Notes: generated by a model from the letters alone, not told the origin. A stretch of 64,000 nt of DNA from an uncultured Candidatus Peribacteria bacterium (GCA_964514565.1 CAZERA010000002.1:68111-132110); one strand, 5' to 3'. Positions 29,998 through 40,766 are shown, counted from the first letter of the stretch. A program made the numbers and translations.

Positions 29998-30695
29998 AAG
30001 AATTTCTCAAAGTAAATCGCTTCTTTGGGTACTGCATGCTTCAAAAGAATATCAATGGCATCTCTTAGCATCATTTGGCCGCCACAGAGGTAGAAACTAG
30101 TCTTAGGAAGTGCTGGTAACATTTCTTGTAATTTACCAGTTACACGCCCTGAAAATAGCCCAGGAATAGATTCTCTAGAAACACAAAGGTCATAACTAAA
30201 ATTGGGAAACTGTTTTTGCCATGACGCAAAAAGATCCAAGTAGAACAAATCCGCCTTGGTCTTTTCACCAAATAACAAATGAATAGGTCTGGTCTCTCCA
30301 TCAAGCAGAGCTTGCTCAATCATCGACTTGAGAGGAGCCACACCGGTACCAGTGCCCACCATCACAATCTTTTCAATTTGCGGATCAGACTTAAAAACAA
30401 ACCGACCAAACGTTCCCTTTAGTACCACCTCATCACCTTCCTTCAAATTCCAAATATAATTAGATGCTACTCCATCAGGCACACGTTTCACACAAAACTC
30501 AATACTATCTTTTTGATGTGGAGCAGAAGAAATCGAATAAGCTCTCACGACCCTAGGACTGGCTTGAAGAAACAAGTATTGACCAGCAATAAAAGTATAT
30601 TCTTTAGGCTTAATCAACTCAAAAGTAGTCAAACAAACATCAGCAGTCACATAGATATTGGAACGAACTCGAGCATGAAGATCAAGAAAAGGCAT
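29994..30695 (-). CDS. FAD/NAD(P)-binding ferredoxin-reductase-type oxidoreductase (no Fe-S domain)
   Basis: AGQY, RAYSISS, GVAS, GTGTGVAP, YLCGG, C-terminal EKFF. Confidence 0.88.
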   Translation of the reverse strand: MPFLDLHARVRSNIYVTADVCLTTFELIKPKEYTFIAGQYLFLQASPRVVRAYSISSAPHQKDSIEFCVKRVPDGVASNYIWNLKEGDEVVLKGTFGRFVFKSDPQIEKIVMVGTGTGVAPLKSMIEQALLDGETRPIHLLFGEKTKADLFYLDLFASWQKQFPNFSYDLCVSRESIPGLFSGRVTGKLQEMLPALPKTSFYLCGGQMMLRDAIDILLKHAVPKEAIYFEKFF

Positions 30696-30699
30696 GGAA

Positions 30700-30840
30700 G
30701 ATTTAGATCAGAGATACGAGGTCAGAGGACAGAGATATGGACCAGATTGCCCCTAAAATAACACGAGACTACTACAGCGCAAAATCAAAATCTCTGATCT
30801 CTTCCCGCATGCGCGGGATCGCACCGCTGATCTAGTTCTC
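30700..30840. repeat. Heptamer inverted-repeat element, GATCAGA-type variant, containing a TCCCGC-N4-GCGGGA palindrome
   Basis: GATCAGA-GATACGA-GGTCAGA-GGACAGA ... TCTCTGATCTCT; palindrome at 30803-30818. Confidence 0.55.
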
Positions 30841-30848
30841 TCCCCCCC

Positions 30849-30877
30849 TTGCGTCGAGCTTCAGAACCACGTATATT
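30849..30877 (+). promoter_or_regulatory. Putative sigma70 promoter of the secE-nusG-rplK-rplA operon
   Basis: TTGCGT-17 bp-TATATT. Confidence 0.55.
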
Positions 30878-30918
30878 ACCTCCGTCTGAGCCCCCCAGCG
30901 GGCTTTTTAAAGATCTCT

Positions 30919-31116
30919 ATGAGAAAGCTCACCAACTATATCAGCAGCTCTGTAGAAGAATTGCGAAAAGTAGCATGGCCTACACGTAAACAAGCAGTGG
31001 ACAGTACTTTGATTGTACTAGGTATCACTATCGTAGCAGCTGCCTTTATTACTGTGTTGGATTATGCATTCCAACACGGATATCGATATATCTCTGCATT
31101 CTTAAGCGGTTCTTAA
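30919..31116 (+). CDS. secE: Preprotein translocase SecE
   Basis: ELRKVAWPTRKQ plus a single TM; upstream of nusG. Confidence 0.93.
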   Translation: MRKLTNYISSSVEELRKVAWPTRKQAVDSTLIVLGITIVAAAFITVLDYAFQHGYRYISAFLSGS

Positions 31117-31128
31117 TCTACTTTCTGT

Positions 31129-31671
31129 ATGGCTAAACAAGAAAGCCAAGGTCGTAAATGGTATGTACTCCATACTTATTCTGGTTATGAAGACGCTGTA
31201 TCAGAAGCTCTGAAACAACGTATCGAGACTATGAATATGCAAGATTTCATCTTTGATGTGATCGTGCCCAAAGAAACTCAAATCGAAGTCAAAAAAGGTG
31301 AACAAAAATTGATCGAGAAGCGCATGTTTCCTGGCTATGTGATCGTCAATATGGTGGTGACTGACGAATCTTGGTACGTAGTACGCAATACTCCAAATGT
31401 GACAGGATTCATTGGTTCAGGTACTATCCCGGTCCCAGTCACTGACGAAGAAATCAAACGTATTCGTAAGCGTATGGGTATGAAGGAGCCTAAGTTCAAG
31501 GCAAACTTCTCAATGGGAGAAATTGTGTCCATTACTGAAGGTCCATTTGCAGGTTATCAAGGCACTATTAGTGAAATTGATGAGAACAAAGGTAAGATCA
31601 AAGTATTGGTATCAATCTTCAACCGTGAAACTCCTGTAGAACTAGAATTTACCCAGGTTACTAAAGTTTAA
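31129..31671 (+). CDS. nusG: Transcription factor NusG
   Basis: [42 protein letters not shown]. Confidence 0.97.
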   Translation: MAKQESQGRKWYVLHTYSGYEDAVSEALKQRIETMNMQDFIFDVIVPKETQIEVKKGEQKLIEKRMFPGYVIVNMVVTDESWYVVRNTPNVTGFIGSGTIPVPVTDEEIKRIRKRMGMKEPKFKANFSMGEIVSITEGPFAGYQGTISEIDENKGKIKVLVSIFNRETPVELEFTQVTKV

Positions 31672-31691
31672 TCATTCCTAACTCCACGTAT

Positions 31692-32117
31692 ATGGCTAAG
31701 AAAATATTAGTCAAAGTTAAAATCCAAGCCAAGGCTGGCAAAGCCAATCCTGCTCCACCTATCGGAACAGCTCTCGGACCCCACGGTATCAACATCCAAC
31801 AATTCTGCCAACAATTCAACGAGAAAACTCGTGATATGGGCGATCTGTTGATTCCTGCAATTATTACTATTTACGCTGACCGTAGTTTTGACTTCATCCT
31901 CAAGACACCTCCAGCTTCTGTACTGATTTTGAAAGAAATCAGCGTAGAAAAAGGATCAGGACAGCCAAATAAGACTAAGGTTGGTAAAATTACTTCTGTT
32001 CAACTACGTAAAATCGCCGAGGCCAAAATGGTTGACCTCAACACCACCTCCGTCGATCAAGCAGTACGCATGATTGCCGGCACCGCGCGTAGCATGGGTA
32101 TAACGGTGGAAGATTAA
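31692..32117 (+). CDS. rplK: 50S ribosomal protein L11
   Basis: [30 protein letters not shown]. Confidence 0.97.
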   Translation: MAKKILVKVKIQAKAGKANPAPPIGTALGPHGINIQQFCQQFNEKTRDMGDLLIPAIITIYADRSFDFILKTPPASVLILKEISVEKGSGQPNKTKVGKITSVQLRKIAEAKMVDLNTTSVDQAVRMIAGTARSMGITVED

Positions 32118-32128
32118 TTAATCTTTCT

Positions 32129-32815
32129 ATGAAACGTTCTAAAAAATATCGTGCAGCTCAAGAAAAAGTGCAACATGACAAAATCTATACTCTAGAAGAA
32201 GCATGCAAACTTTTGACTGAAACTAGCACCACTAAGTTTGATTCAACTGTCGAAGTACATTTCAACCTCAATATCGATCCAAAGTATCCTGATCAACAAA
32301 TCCGCACAACAGTATCTTTACCTCACGGTAGTGGTAAAACCAAAAAGATTGCTGCGTTCGTAAGTGATGATCAAGTAGATGCTGCTAAAAAAGCTGGTGC
32401 TGATATTGCTGGTTCTGATGATTTGATTGAGAAAGTAGCAAAAGAAAACTTCACAGATTTCGATGTAGCGATTGCTACACCTGAATCTATGCGCAAAATG
32501 GCTAAGATCGGTAAGATCTTGGGTACAAAAGGTTTGATGCCAAATCCTAAATCTGGAACAGTGACTACTGATATCGTAGCTACTATTCAAGAAATCAAAA
32601 AGGGTCGTGTTGAATTCCGTAATGATCCTCAAGGTAATGTGCATGTAGTGGGTGGAAAAGTGTCTTTTGGTACTGACAAACTGATCGAAAACGTTCGTGC
32701 AGTGATTGAGGCGATCAAGAATGCTCGTCCTACAGGTGTCAAAGCTATTTATATCAATAGCGTCACACTCACAAGCACTATGGGTCCTGGTATTAAATTG
32801 TCATTCACTCAATAA
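32129..32815 (+). CDS. rplA: 50S ribosomal protein L1
   Basis: TKFDSTVE, LPHGSGK, LGTKGLMPNPKSGT, STMGPG. Confidence 0.97.
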   Translation: MKRSKKYRAAQEKVQHDKIYTLEEACKLLTETSTTKFDSTVEVHFNLNIDPKYPDQQIRTTVSLPHGSGKTKKIAAFVSDDQVDAAKKAGADIAGSDDLIEKVAKENFTDFDVAIATPESMRKMAKIGKILGTKGLMPNPKSGTVTTDIVATIQEIKKGRVEFRNDPQGNVHVVGGKVSFGTDKLIENVRAVIEAIKNARPTGVKAIYINSVTLTSTMGPGIKLSFTQ

Positions 32816-32830
32816 AACGATTACGTTTTA

Positions 32831-32876
32831 TCAAAAAAAGAGTCCTGAGGTTTTAAAACCCAGGACTCTTTTTTGA
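32831..32876. terminator. Bidirectional intrinsic terminator
   Basis: AAAAAAAGAGTCCTG...CAGGACTCTTTTTT between convergent genes. Confidence 0.85.
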
Positions 32877-32888
32877 TTATGCTAGTGG

Positions 32889-33251
32889 TTAAAGTACCCC
32901 TTGTTCAGCAGCAGTAATATTTTCGTAAACAGGAATAATCTGTGTAATACCAACTACATCTAAAATATCAAAAATAGTAGATTTAACTCTAATCATCACG
33001 ATCTTCCCCCCTTTGTCACTCAGCTTGTTGTACCAATCAGTAAGATAGCCGAGACCTTTACTATTGATGTATGAGAGATCTTTGGCATCAAAGACGAAGT
33101 AAGTACCATCTGGCACCAAGCGAATCGCCTCATACATGGTCTCAGCGTGTTTATCAACATTGCTTTCATCCAATTCTCCTCGCATCACAATATGTTTAGC
33201 CGCAAATTTACCGAACTTGCCATCACTGATTGCGAATGCAAACTTAGTCAT
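32889..33251 (-). CDS. STAS-domain anti-anti-sigma factor (RsbV/SpoIIAA-like)
   Basis: RGELD, LSYINSKGLG with the phosphoacceptor Ser, ILDVVGI. Confidence 0.85.
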   Translation of the reverse strand: MTKFAFAISDGKFGKFAAKHIVMRGELDESNVDKHAETMYEAIRLVPDGTYFVFDAKDLSYINSKGLGYLTDWYNKLSDKGGKIVMIRVKSTIFDILDVVGITQIIPVYENITAAEQGVL

Positions 33252-33714
33252 AAGAAATAGAATCAGATAGTAAAGGTACGGTTTTGACCACTATAACACG
33301 CAAACCACCTGCACGCTTTTTACTAAATCGCATCTCATCTGTCCAGTGCATCACAATCTCCAAACCTCGGCCATGAATCCGTTTGTATGGCTTGTGCTCC
33401 TTGCGAGCTGCCACTGCATGCGAGAGATTGCGGTAACGTTGCATAATCAGCAGGTTGCTTGTGTCATCGATACTGAGCTGTACTCGCACTTTGTCATGAA
33501 AGAAAACCAACTTCACAACTACATCCAATTGATAATCATCAAAACGATGATTACAGGCATTGGCAATCAACTCCGAAGCCACAATTACCAACCGACTATT
33601 CCACAGCTCACTAGCAATATTTGCCGTAAGAAACTCAGACAAATCATGACGCAAGACATCAGGTTTGTATAAGTTACTAATCACCTCCATTTTCCAAAGT
33701 TTTGTTTTTAGCAT
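33244..33714 (-). CDS. RsbW/SpoIIAB-like GHKL anti-sigma kinase
   Basis: N box SELIANACNH, G2 box HGRGL; G1 box degenerate. Confidence 0.75.
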   Translation of the reverse strand: MLKTKLWKMEVISNLYKPDVLRHDLSEFLTANIASELWNSRLVIVASELIANACNHRFDDYQLDVVVKLVFFHDKVRVQLSIDDTSNLLIMQRYRNLSHAVAARKEHKPYKRIHGRGLEIVMHWTDEMRFSKKRAGGLRVIVVKTVPLLSDSISYD

Positions 33715-34661
33715 GGCGGTCGAGTCAGTACCATCAAGGTAATATCATCATGCTGCTTCGGACTAAGAGCAAAGTCTGCTATTTCTTTCGAAAGTGATTC
33801 AAAAATAGCTTGAGCAGATTTTGCATGGGCATACTGATTAGTCCAAGCGGAAAGACCTGCCAAACCTAAACGATCTCCATTCCTACCTACTAATTCACTA
33901 ATACCATCTGTAGCTACAACCAAGCTATCCCCCTCTCTAAACTTTACTTTCTTTTCCTCCAAATAGGGTTTGATATTCTCAATCATCCCTAGTGCAATCC
34001 CACCTCCTTTAACCTTGTTAGTTTGCTTAATATCACTATCCCAACGAAGCAAATAACCAAATCCAGCTGAAACCATAGTTAATTCTTGAGTACTTCGCTG
34101 CCACGAGAGCAGGATCATACTAGCAAAAAGACTAGGATCGATTCGTTTATAAAGAATTTTGTTCATTTCAGTGAGCATGTCTACCAAGGATAATGATTGC
34201 TGACTAAAAGCATAAAACATCGTATCAATCATAATACTGATAATTCCTGATGGTAGCCCATGACCAGCCACATCGCCCATAGCAAAAACAACATGATCGG
34301 CATCAGGCTCAACAATTTGATAAAAATCCCCACCAATCTCTTCAGAAGGCCGCGAACGAACAAAACAATCCAATCCTTTGATTTGAGGAATATGTGCAGG
34401 TAAAAGCTGCTTTTGAATTTTCTCAGCAATAGCCAAGCTGGTCCCCATCCTTTTTTTGTCTTCATCCTCCGGCAGTACCGGCTGATGAGACCTAGATAAA
34501 GCATTGGTATACCAGATATAAGCCAAAAGAATCGTATTCATAGCGGCCAAAGCGATTACTACCACAGTACGCTTGTCGGCATACCAACCACCAAGACATA
34601 GCAAAACAATCCAACAAATCAGTACAGTAGACCAAACTATTCTTTGCCAACTAAAACGCAT
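33708..34661 (-). CDS. Membrane-anchored SpoIIE/RsbU-family PP2C phosphatase
   Basis: Two N-terminal TM segments; IQKQLLP, GGDFY, GDVAGHG, TDG, DDIT. Confidence 0.9.
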   Translation of the reverse strand: MRFSWQRIVWSTVLICWIVLLCLGGWYADKRTVVVIALAAMNTILLAYIWYTNALSRSHQPVLPEDEDKKRMGTSLAIAEKIQKQLLPAHIPQIKGLDCFVRSRPSEEIGGDFYQIVEPDADHVVFAMGDVAGHGLPSGIISIMIDTMFYAFSQQSLSLVDMLTEMNKILYKRIDPSLFASMILLSWQRSTQELTMVSAGFGYLLRWDSDIKQTNKVKGGGIALGMIENIKPYLEEKKVKFREGDSLVVATDGISELVGRNGDRLGLAGLSAWTNQYAHAKSAQAIFESLSKEIADFALSPKQHDDITLMVLTRPPC

Positions 34662-34748
34662 TGATTTCTCTTTTTAGATAATATCATTCCATTATACCAA
34701 AATTTTGCTAAAAAGTATCCTATAATTGTGAGTCAGCCTATAACTACT

Positions 34749-34784
34749 AAAAAGAGCCTGGTCAGCAACGACACAGGCTCTTTT
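34749..34784 (-). terminator. Intrinsic terminator after hppA
   Basis: AAAAAGAGCCTG...CAGGCTCTTTT. Confidence 0.7.
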
Positions 34785-34808
34785 GTTCTCACAAGTAGCT
34801 TTTGGAGC

Positions 34809-36851
34809 TTACTTCATCATTGCCGCCATCAATGGAGCAATAATAAGAGAGATTGTACTAATTACTTTGATCAAAGCATTGATAGCAGGACCTGCGGTAT
34901 CCTTGTAAGGATCACCAACGGTATCACCTACTACTGCTGCTTTATGAGCATCTGAACCCTTACCACCAAAATTACCTTTTTCAATATACTTCTTAGCATT
35001 ATCCCAAGCACCACCACCAGTACACATAGAAATAGCAGCTACCAAACCAGACACGATCACACCAGCCAATAAGCCAGCAAGTGCATCAGGTCCAAGCAAC
35101 AATCCTACAGCTACTGGAGTCACTACAGCCATCAAACCAGGCATAATCATTTCGTACAAAGCTGCCTTGGTCACGATGTCAGCACATGCCTTGTAATCTG
35201 GCTTAGCAGTACCTTCCATAATGCCTTTGATGTCACGGAACTGACGGCGAACTTCATCAACTACTTTGTGTGCAGCACGACCTACCGCTTGCATACAATA
35301 AGAAGAGAAAAATGCTGGTAATAAAGCACCAAGGAACAAACCAACCAAAACTAAAGGATTACTGATCTTTTCACCCAATTGATGTCCCATCTTAATAAAC
35401 TCTTCATTGTAAGCTTGGAACAATACCAATGCAGCCAATGCAGCTGAACCGATCGCATAGCCTTTGGTCACAGCCTTGGTAGTATTTCCGACTGCATCCA
35501 AAGCATCAGTTACTTCACGCACAGATTCTGGCAACTGTGCCATCTCAGCGATACCACCAGCATTGTCAGTAATTGGACCATAAGCATCCATCGCAATCAC
35601 GATACCAGTAGTAGAAAGCATCGCTACAGCAGCAATTGCTACACCAAATATACCGCTATGTAAGCTAGACATATCGCCTAGGTAGAAAGCAGTCAAAATA
35701 GCAGCAACGATCGCGATTACTGGCCAGAAAGTGCTTCGCAAACCATAAGCAAGACCAATAATTACATTTGTGCCAGCACCAGTTTCAGAAGCCTTAGCAA
35801 TAGCTTTCACTGGAGCATATTGAGTAGATGTGTAGTATTCAGTAATGACATTCATCAAGAGTGTCAGCACAATACCTACCAACGTAGCAGCAAACATATA
35901 ACGATCTCCACTGAGCATACTATTGGTCACAAAGTAGAAACCAATCGCAGCCAAAATACTAGTAACAATCAACCCCTTGTACAAAGCCCCCATAATATTC
36001 TTGCTCTTCCCCAAACGTACAAAGAATCCACCGACAATAGAAGCAATAATAGCTACAGCGCCTAAAGCCAAAGGATATTCAATAGCCAGCTGAGCAAAAT
36101 TACCTTGGAAAGTAGAAGAAGCTAATACCAATGCCGCAATCAAAGTCACAGCATAGGTTTCAAAAAGATCAGCTCCCATACCAGCTACATCACCAACGTT
36201 GTCACCAACATTGTCTGCAATTACAGCAGGATTACGTGGATCATCCTCAGGAATGTTCTTTTCAATTTTACCGACCAAGTCAGCTCCCACATCAGCAGCT
36301 TTGGTAAAAATACCACCACCAACACGTGCAAATAAACTAATCAGTGAAGCACCGAAACCAAAACCAATCAACAAACTAGGAATAGCATGATTATCATAAC
36401 CAGCTGATTTGAGAATCAAATAAAAGCCAGTTACACCCAGAAGAGCCAAACCTACTACTGCCAAACCAGTAACCATACCACCACGGAAAGCAATGCTCAT
36501 CGCTGGTTGGAGACCTTCTTTGGCACGGAATGCTGTGCGCACATTTGTACGAGTACATACACCCATACCAATATAAGCAGCTGCTAGTGAAAGAATAGCA
36601 CCTGCCAAGAAACCAGCAGCGAGTACCCAGTTCAAGAAATAGCCTAGGATCAAAAGAATCACCACTACGAATACAGCGATCGTTTTTGTCTGACGACCAA
36701 GATAAGCTTGCGCACCCTCACGGATAGCTAAAGCAATATCATTCATCTTTTGGTCAGTCACTTTGACCTTCATGATAGACACAACATAAATTGCTGCGAA
36801 AACCAGCGCGATTACGCTAGCACCCAGAGCATACCAAACAGCAGATTGCAT
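34809..36851 (-). CDS. hppA: Membrane-bound H+-translocating pyrophosphatase, K+-independent signature
   Basis: [59 protein letters not shown]. Confidence 0.95.
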   Translation of the reverse strand: MQSAVWYALGASVIALVFAAIYVVSIMKVKVTDQKMNDIALAIREGAQAYLGRQTKTIAVFVVVILLILGYFLNWVLAAGFLAGAILSLAAAYIGMGVCTRTNVRTAFRAKEGLQPAMSIAFRGGMVTGLAVVGLALLGVTGFYLILKSAGYDNHAIPSLLIGFGFGASLISLFARVGGGIFTKAADVGADLVGKIEKNIPEDDPRNPAVIADNVGDNVGDVAGMGADLFETYAVTLIAALVLASSTFQGNFAQLAIEYPLALGAVAIIASIVGGFFVRLGKSKNIMGALYKGLIVTSILAAIGFYFVTNSMLSGDRYMFAATLVGIVLTLLMNVITEYYTSTQYAPVKAIAKASETGAGTNVIIGLAYGLRSTFWPVIAIVAAILTAFYLGDMSSLHSGIFGVAIAAVAMLSTTGIVIAMDAYGPITDNAGGIAEMAQLPESVREVTDALDAVGNTTKAVTKGYAIGSAALAALVLFQAYNEEFIKMGHQLGEKISNPLVLVGLFLGALLPAFFSSYCMQAVGRAAHKVVDEVRRQFRDIKGIMEGTAKPDYKACADIVTKAALYEMIMPGLMAVVTPVAVGLLLGPDALAGLLAGVIVSGLVAAISMCTGGGAWDNAKKYIEKGNFGGKGSDAHKAAVVGDTVGDPYKDTAGPAINALIKVISTISLIIAPLMAAMMK

Positions 36852-36897
36852 AGAGAGGTGAAGTTAAATTCTCGCGCAATATAGCACGCTCCACATT

Positions 36898-37020
36898 TAA
36901 GTAAAAGGTAAGCAGTAAGAGTTAAAAAGTTGGCACACAAAAACATAGCTTATCCACTAACCTACTCCGCTACTGCGGACTAACGGCCACTCTAATTCTT
37001 ACCTTTTACTTATTACTTTT
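36898..37020. repeat. Intergenic heptamer inverted-repeat element, copy D
   Basis: GTAAAAG-GTAAGCA-GTAAGAG-TTAAAAAGTTG ... TTCTTACCTTTTACTTATTACTTTT; internal TCCGC-N4-GCGGA at 36966-36979. Confidence 0.65.
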
Positions 37021-37207
37021 TAACCGCATACACCACATTGGCCATGCTCTGATTATGAGAACTAACTGTTCTGCTAAAAATAACTTGGTAGGTGCCAAAC
37101 CAAACTACGGCAATCAAAATAGTAAACACCAAAGCGATACGGCGCAAATAATATAAAGGGGAATACATATTTGGTTTTTGTTTTGAAATTTCTTTTAAGT
37201 ATACCAC
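37013..37207 (-). CDS. Small single-TM hypothetical protein
   Basis: One hydrophobic stretch; start uncertain. Confidence 0.35.
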   Translation of the reverse strand: MVYLKEISKQKPNMYSPLYYLRRIALVFTILIAVVWFGTYQVIFSRTVSSHNQSMANVVYAVKK

Positions 37208-37252
37208 AAAATATGCTAAAATAAATATGTATTTCTTTGATGATCCCGATCT

Positions 37253-38044
37253 ATGTTGTGTCTCACTACTGGTTGTCTCTACAAATATGGCCTCAATCGT
37301 ATTTTTGAATTCACTAAAGATGCTGGCTTTGAAGGCTTGGATATAATCCTAAACGACATATTCGACACACGAGATCCTGACTATTTACTGCGTTTGCAAG
37401 AATTTTTCAAGCTGCCAGTGGTCAGTCTTTCTTTGCCTTCAGACAGTACACCAAAAAGATTTCAAGCAGCATTAGAGATAGCGGAAACAGCAAATATCCC
37501 ATTGCTCAATGCCCGAGCACCTCTTTTTACCAATATCAGATATGCTCAGTGGTTCAAAAATGAGATTCCCAAAATCCAAAAGCGTACCAAGGTAAAGATT
37601 GCCATTGAGAATCCCCCTAATAATGGCGGCTTTTTCTTACCTCAATACTCACTACGTAATATCGAGGATCTTCGTAGATTCGATTATATCTGTCTAGATA
37701 CTTGCCATTTGGCATCGCAAAAACTACCACTGCTGCGTGTTTACAAGATCATCCGCAAACGTTTGGAGTTTGTTTATATTTCCAACTTTCACAATGGTCT
37801 GTCCAACCAAGCTTTAGACGAAGGCGAAATTCCTCTAGAAAGTTTCCTTACTCACTTACGCAAAGACAACTTCACCAAGCCTATTTGTATCAAATTCAAT
37901 CTTGAAGCAATGGGTGCTGGCGATAAGAACAAAGTAATGGAGAACCTCCGTAGAGCCAAAAGCTTTTATGAAGAGTATTTCTTGAAAAAGCAAATTGACG
38001 ATATGCCTAGCCCAGATGATGACAACAACGAAAAAGCTGAATAA
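37253..38044 (+). CDS. Sugar-phosphate isomerase/epimerase-like TIM barrel (AP endonuclease family 2)
   Basis: AGFEGLDI, IAIENPP, CLDTCHL, GEIPL. Confidence 0.75.
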   Translation: MLCLTTGCLYKYGLNRIFEFTKDAGFEGLDIILNDIFDTRDPDYLLRLQEFFKLPVVSLSLPSDSTPKRFQAALEIAETANIPLLNARAPLFTNIRYAQWFKNEIPKIQKRTKVKIAIENPPNNGGFFLPQYSLRNIEDLRRFDYICLDTCHLASQKLPLLRVYKIIRKRLEFVYISNFHNGLSNQALDEGEIPLESFLTHLRKDNFTKPICIKFNLEAMGAGDKNKVMENLRRAKSFYEEYFLKKQIDDMPSPDDDNNEKAE

Positions 38045-38046
38045 CA

Positions 38047-39186
38047 ATGACCGCTTTACTTAGTCGCAGTGGCATCCAAAAAGTACTAGATCGCCTACCA
38101 TATCTCAGCAAAGAAGATTTCCTAGCATCCCTACCAATTGCTGGGACACTTTTAGAATTGACTGAAGGGAAAAAGATTATTGGCTACGGCTATAGCGGCC
38201 GTGGTCATCGCTATGATGCTTGTGTAACAGAAACTCCACTGCACAAAATCTTTTTCACCAAGAAACTGCGCGCAGCGTATCAAAGAAGACAGCACAACTT
38301 TGATCTATTGCCACAAGCATACCGGTTGATCCACAATGAAGCAGATGAGATACCTGGCATTACTATAGAGATTTTTCTCACCTATGCGGTAATTACTTAC
38401 TTCAACCAAGGCATACTAGCTCATGAGCAGGCTTTAATTGAAGCACTACAAAGCGTACTCAAACTAGACGGCATCTATGCAAAATACCGCACACCTGAGC
38501 CTTCCCCTATCCATACAAAGCTTGTCTGGGGAGAATCCGCACCTGAAGAAATCATCATTGAGGAAGGAAAAGGCAAATATGCTGTGCGCATTATGGAAGG
38601 ACTGATGACCGGTTTATTTTTGGATCAACGAGCCAACCGTGATTGGTTACAAAAACATAGCGATCGCAAAAGAGTCTGCAATACGTTTAGCTATACAGGA
38701 AGTCTTAGCATCGCTTGCGGTCTAGGCAACGCTTTCGTCACTCGCAGTATAGATTTATCTCGCACATATACTGATTGGTGCAGACACAATTTAGCTTTAA
38801 ATGACTTACTCATTCCTGAGCATGAAAGCATTACCAGTGACACCTTTGCTCATTTTGCTTACTGCAAACGAAAAGGAGTGAAATATGACCTGATTATTTT
38901 AGATCCACCCACTTTTTCTAAAAACAAAAAAGGCACATTTTCGGTACCAGATAACTATGAACGATTAGTAAAAGAGGCAATTGAACTTTTGTCACCTAAA
39001 GGTTTTTTAATGAGCTGTACCAATTATAGCCAGTGGTCATTAGCCCAATTCAAGCGTCTCCACCAAAACTGGATCGCCAGACATTACCGTGTCGTACATG
39101 AAGGTGGAGCTGATTTAGATTTTCCCAAGCATCCCTATTGGCCTGAGTCTGAGCATTTGAAGTGTATTGTCTTGCAGTTAAATTAA
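38047..39186 (+). CDS. RlmI/RlmK-like SAM-dependent rRNA methyltransferase
   Basis: YRLIHNEAD.IPG, TGLFLDQR.NR, NTFSYTGS, IILDPPTF. Confidence 0.85.
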   Translation: MTALLSRSGIQKVLDRLPYLSKEDFLASLPIAGTLLELTEGKKIIGYGYSGRGHRYDACVTETPLHKIFFTKKLRAAYQRRQHNFDLLPQAYRLIHNEADEIPGITIEIFLTYAVITYFNQGILAHEQALIEALQSVLKLDGIYAKYRTPEPSPIHTKLVWGESAPEEIIIEEGKGKYAVRIMEGLMTGLFLDQRANRDWLQKHSDRKRVCNTFSYTGSLSIACGLGNAFVTRSIDLSRTYTDWCRHNLALNDLLIPEHESITSDTFAHFAYCKRKGVKYDLIILDPPTFSKNKKGTFSVPDNYERLVKEAIELLSPKGFLMSCTNYSQWSLAQFKRLHQNWIARHYRVVHEGGADLDFPKHPYWPESEHLKCIVLQLN

Positions 39187-39297
39187 TGCGCACAAGTATA
39201 CAAAACGAAATCTATTGTTTAGCTGAGCACCAAAGCTAAACAATATTGCCAAACTAAAAATCAGCCAATATAGTATATTCCAATCAAATGTTATTTC

Positions 39298-39528
39298 ATG
39301 AGAACATCGCTTAGTAGAGGCAGTGATTTGCCATTAGTAGGAGCCATTACCCTGATTATTATCATTGCAGGTCAAAATCCCAACTGTACTAGTAAAACCA
39401 CTCCAAACAGAGACAGTCAAACAGCTCAACAATCAGACCATTTGGCTATTCGTGATGAAACAATCAAAGCTTGGGAAGCTCAAGTAAGACTGACCTTGCG
39501 CGATGCATTCGGGAAAATCAAACTTTAA
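39298..39528 (+). CDS. Small hypothetical protein with N-terminal hydrophobic segment
   Basis: ORF fills the gap; 4-nt stop overlap with lysA. Confidence 0.4.
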   Translation: MRTSLSRGSDLPLVGAITLIIIIAGQNPNCTSKTTPNRDSQTAQQSDHLAIRDETIKAWEAQVRLTLRDAFGKIKL

Positions 39529-40766
39529 AACTGTAAAGTCGCGAATAGGTCATCAAGAGTCTCAGCCCGACGGATCAGATCTACAGTACCATCCTGATGC
39601 ATGAGTAACTCAGCTGAGCGTAATTTACCGTTATAATTGAATCCCATGGCGTGCCCATGAGCACCGGTATCATGGATCACTACAACGTCTCCTCTCTCGA
39701 TCTCAGGTAACTTCCGATCGATAGCAAACTTATCGTTGTTTTCACATAGTCCACCAGTCACATCATAGAGATGATCCTGAGGCTCATTCTCTTTATTGAG
39801 CACGGTGATGTGATGATAAGCACCGTACATACCTGGGCGCATCAAATTAGCCATACAAGCATCCAGACCGGCATAGTCCTTGTAGATATGCTTCATATGC
39901 AGCACAGTAGAAACCAAATAGCCGTGTGGTCCAGTAATAGAGCGGCCACATTCCATAGCTAGCTTGAGTGGTGGTAATCCTGCATCTAGAATGTACTCTT
40001 TATACATTTTTGCTACTCCGTTACCGACCGCTTGTAGGTCTACAAAAGATTGCTCTGGTTTATAAGGAATACCAATCCCCCCACCTAGATTAACAAAATC
40101 AAAATTAACCCCGACCTCTTTACTAATTTTAGCCACGAGTTCAAAAACCATTTGAGCAGTATCCACAAAGTACTGAGCGTTAAGCTCATTGGATGCCACC
40201 ATGGTATGCAGGCCAAAATGCTTTACCCCTTTTGCTTTAGCAATACGATATGCCTCAAACATTTGATCATAGGTCAAACCGTATTTTGCTTCTTCAGGCT
40301 TACCAATAATAGTATTGCCCTCTCGTGCTGGCCCAGGATTGTAGCGAAAACAAAGCATATCAGGCATTTGTCCACACTCCTCAATAAATTCGATATGACT
40401 GATGTCATCTAAGTTTATAATGGCCCCCAACTCCAATGCCTTGGCCATATCTTCTTTTGGCATATCATTGGCAGTAAACATAATATCTTTGCCATTAAAT
40501 CCCCCACGCTCAGCCAACACTAATTCAGCTAAAGAACTACAATCAACACCCAGACCTTCTGAGCGAATAACAGCTAAGATACTAGGATTAGGCAGCGCTT
40601 TGACTGCATAATATTCGCGGAACCCTGGCATCCAACTAAATGCAGCATTGAGACTTTGGCAACTTTTCCTGATACCTGCTTCATCATAAATATGAAATGG
40701 CGTAGGATACTTCTTGATAATTTGATCTATTTGTTCTGCAGTAAACGGAAGTTGTTTGATAGTCAT
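39525..40766 (-). CDS. lysA: Diaminopimelate decarboxylase
   Basis: YPTPFHIYDE, YAVKA (PLP Lys), NLGGG, MECGR, CENND, GAHGHAMGFNYN; ATG 40766 preferred. Confidence 0.92.
   Translation of the reverse strand: MTIKQLPFTAEQIDQIIKKYPTPFHIYDEAGIRKSCQSLNAAFSWMPGFREYYAVKALPNPSILAVIRSEGLGVDCSSLAELVLAERGGFNGKDIMFTANDMPKEDMAKALELGAIINLDDISHIEFIEECGQMPDMLCFRYNPGPAREGNTIIGKPEEAKYGLTYDQMFEAYRIAKAKGVKHFGLHTMVASNELNAQYFVDTAQMVFELVAKISKEVGVNFDFVNLGGGIGIPYKPEQSFVDLQAVGNGVAKMYKEYILDAGLPPLKLAMECGRSITGPHGYLVSTVLHMKHIYKDYAGLDACMANLMRPGMYGAYHHITVLNKENEPQDHLYDVTGGLCENNDKFAIDRKLPEIERGDVVVIHDTGAHGHAMGFNYNGKLRSAELLMHQDGTVDLIRRAETLDDLFATLQF

Noticed and set aside
39185..39212. dif-like site AATGCGCACAA-GTATAC
   Set aside because: Only the XerC-like arm resembles dif; the TTATGTTAAAT arm is absent.
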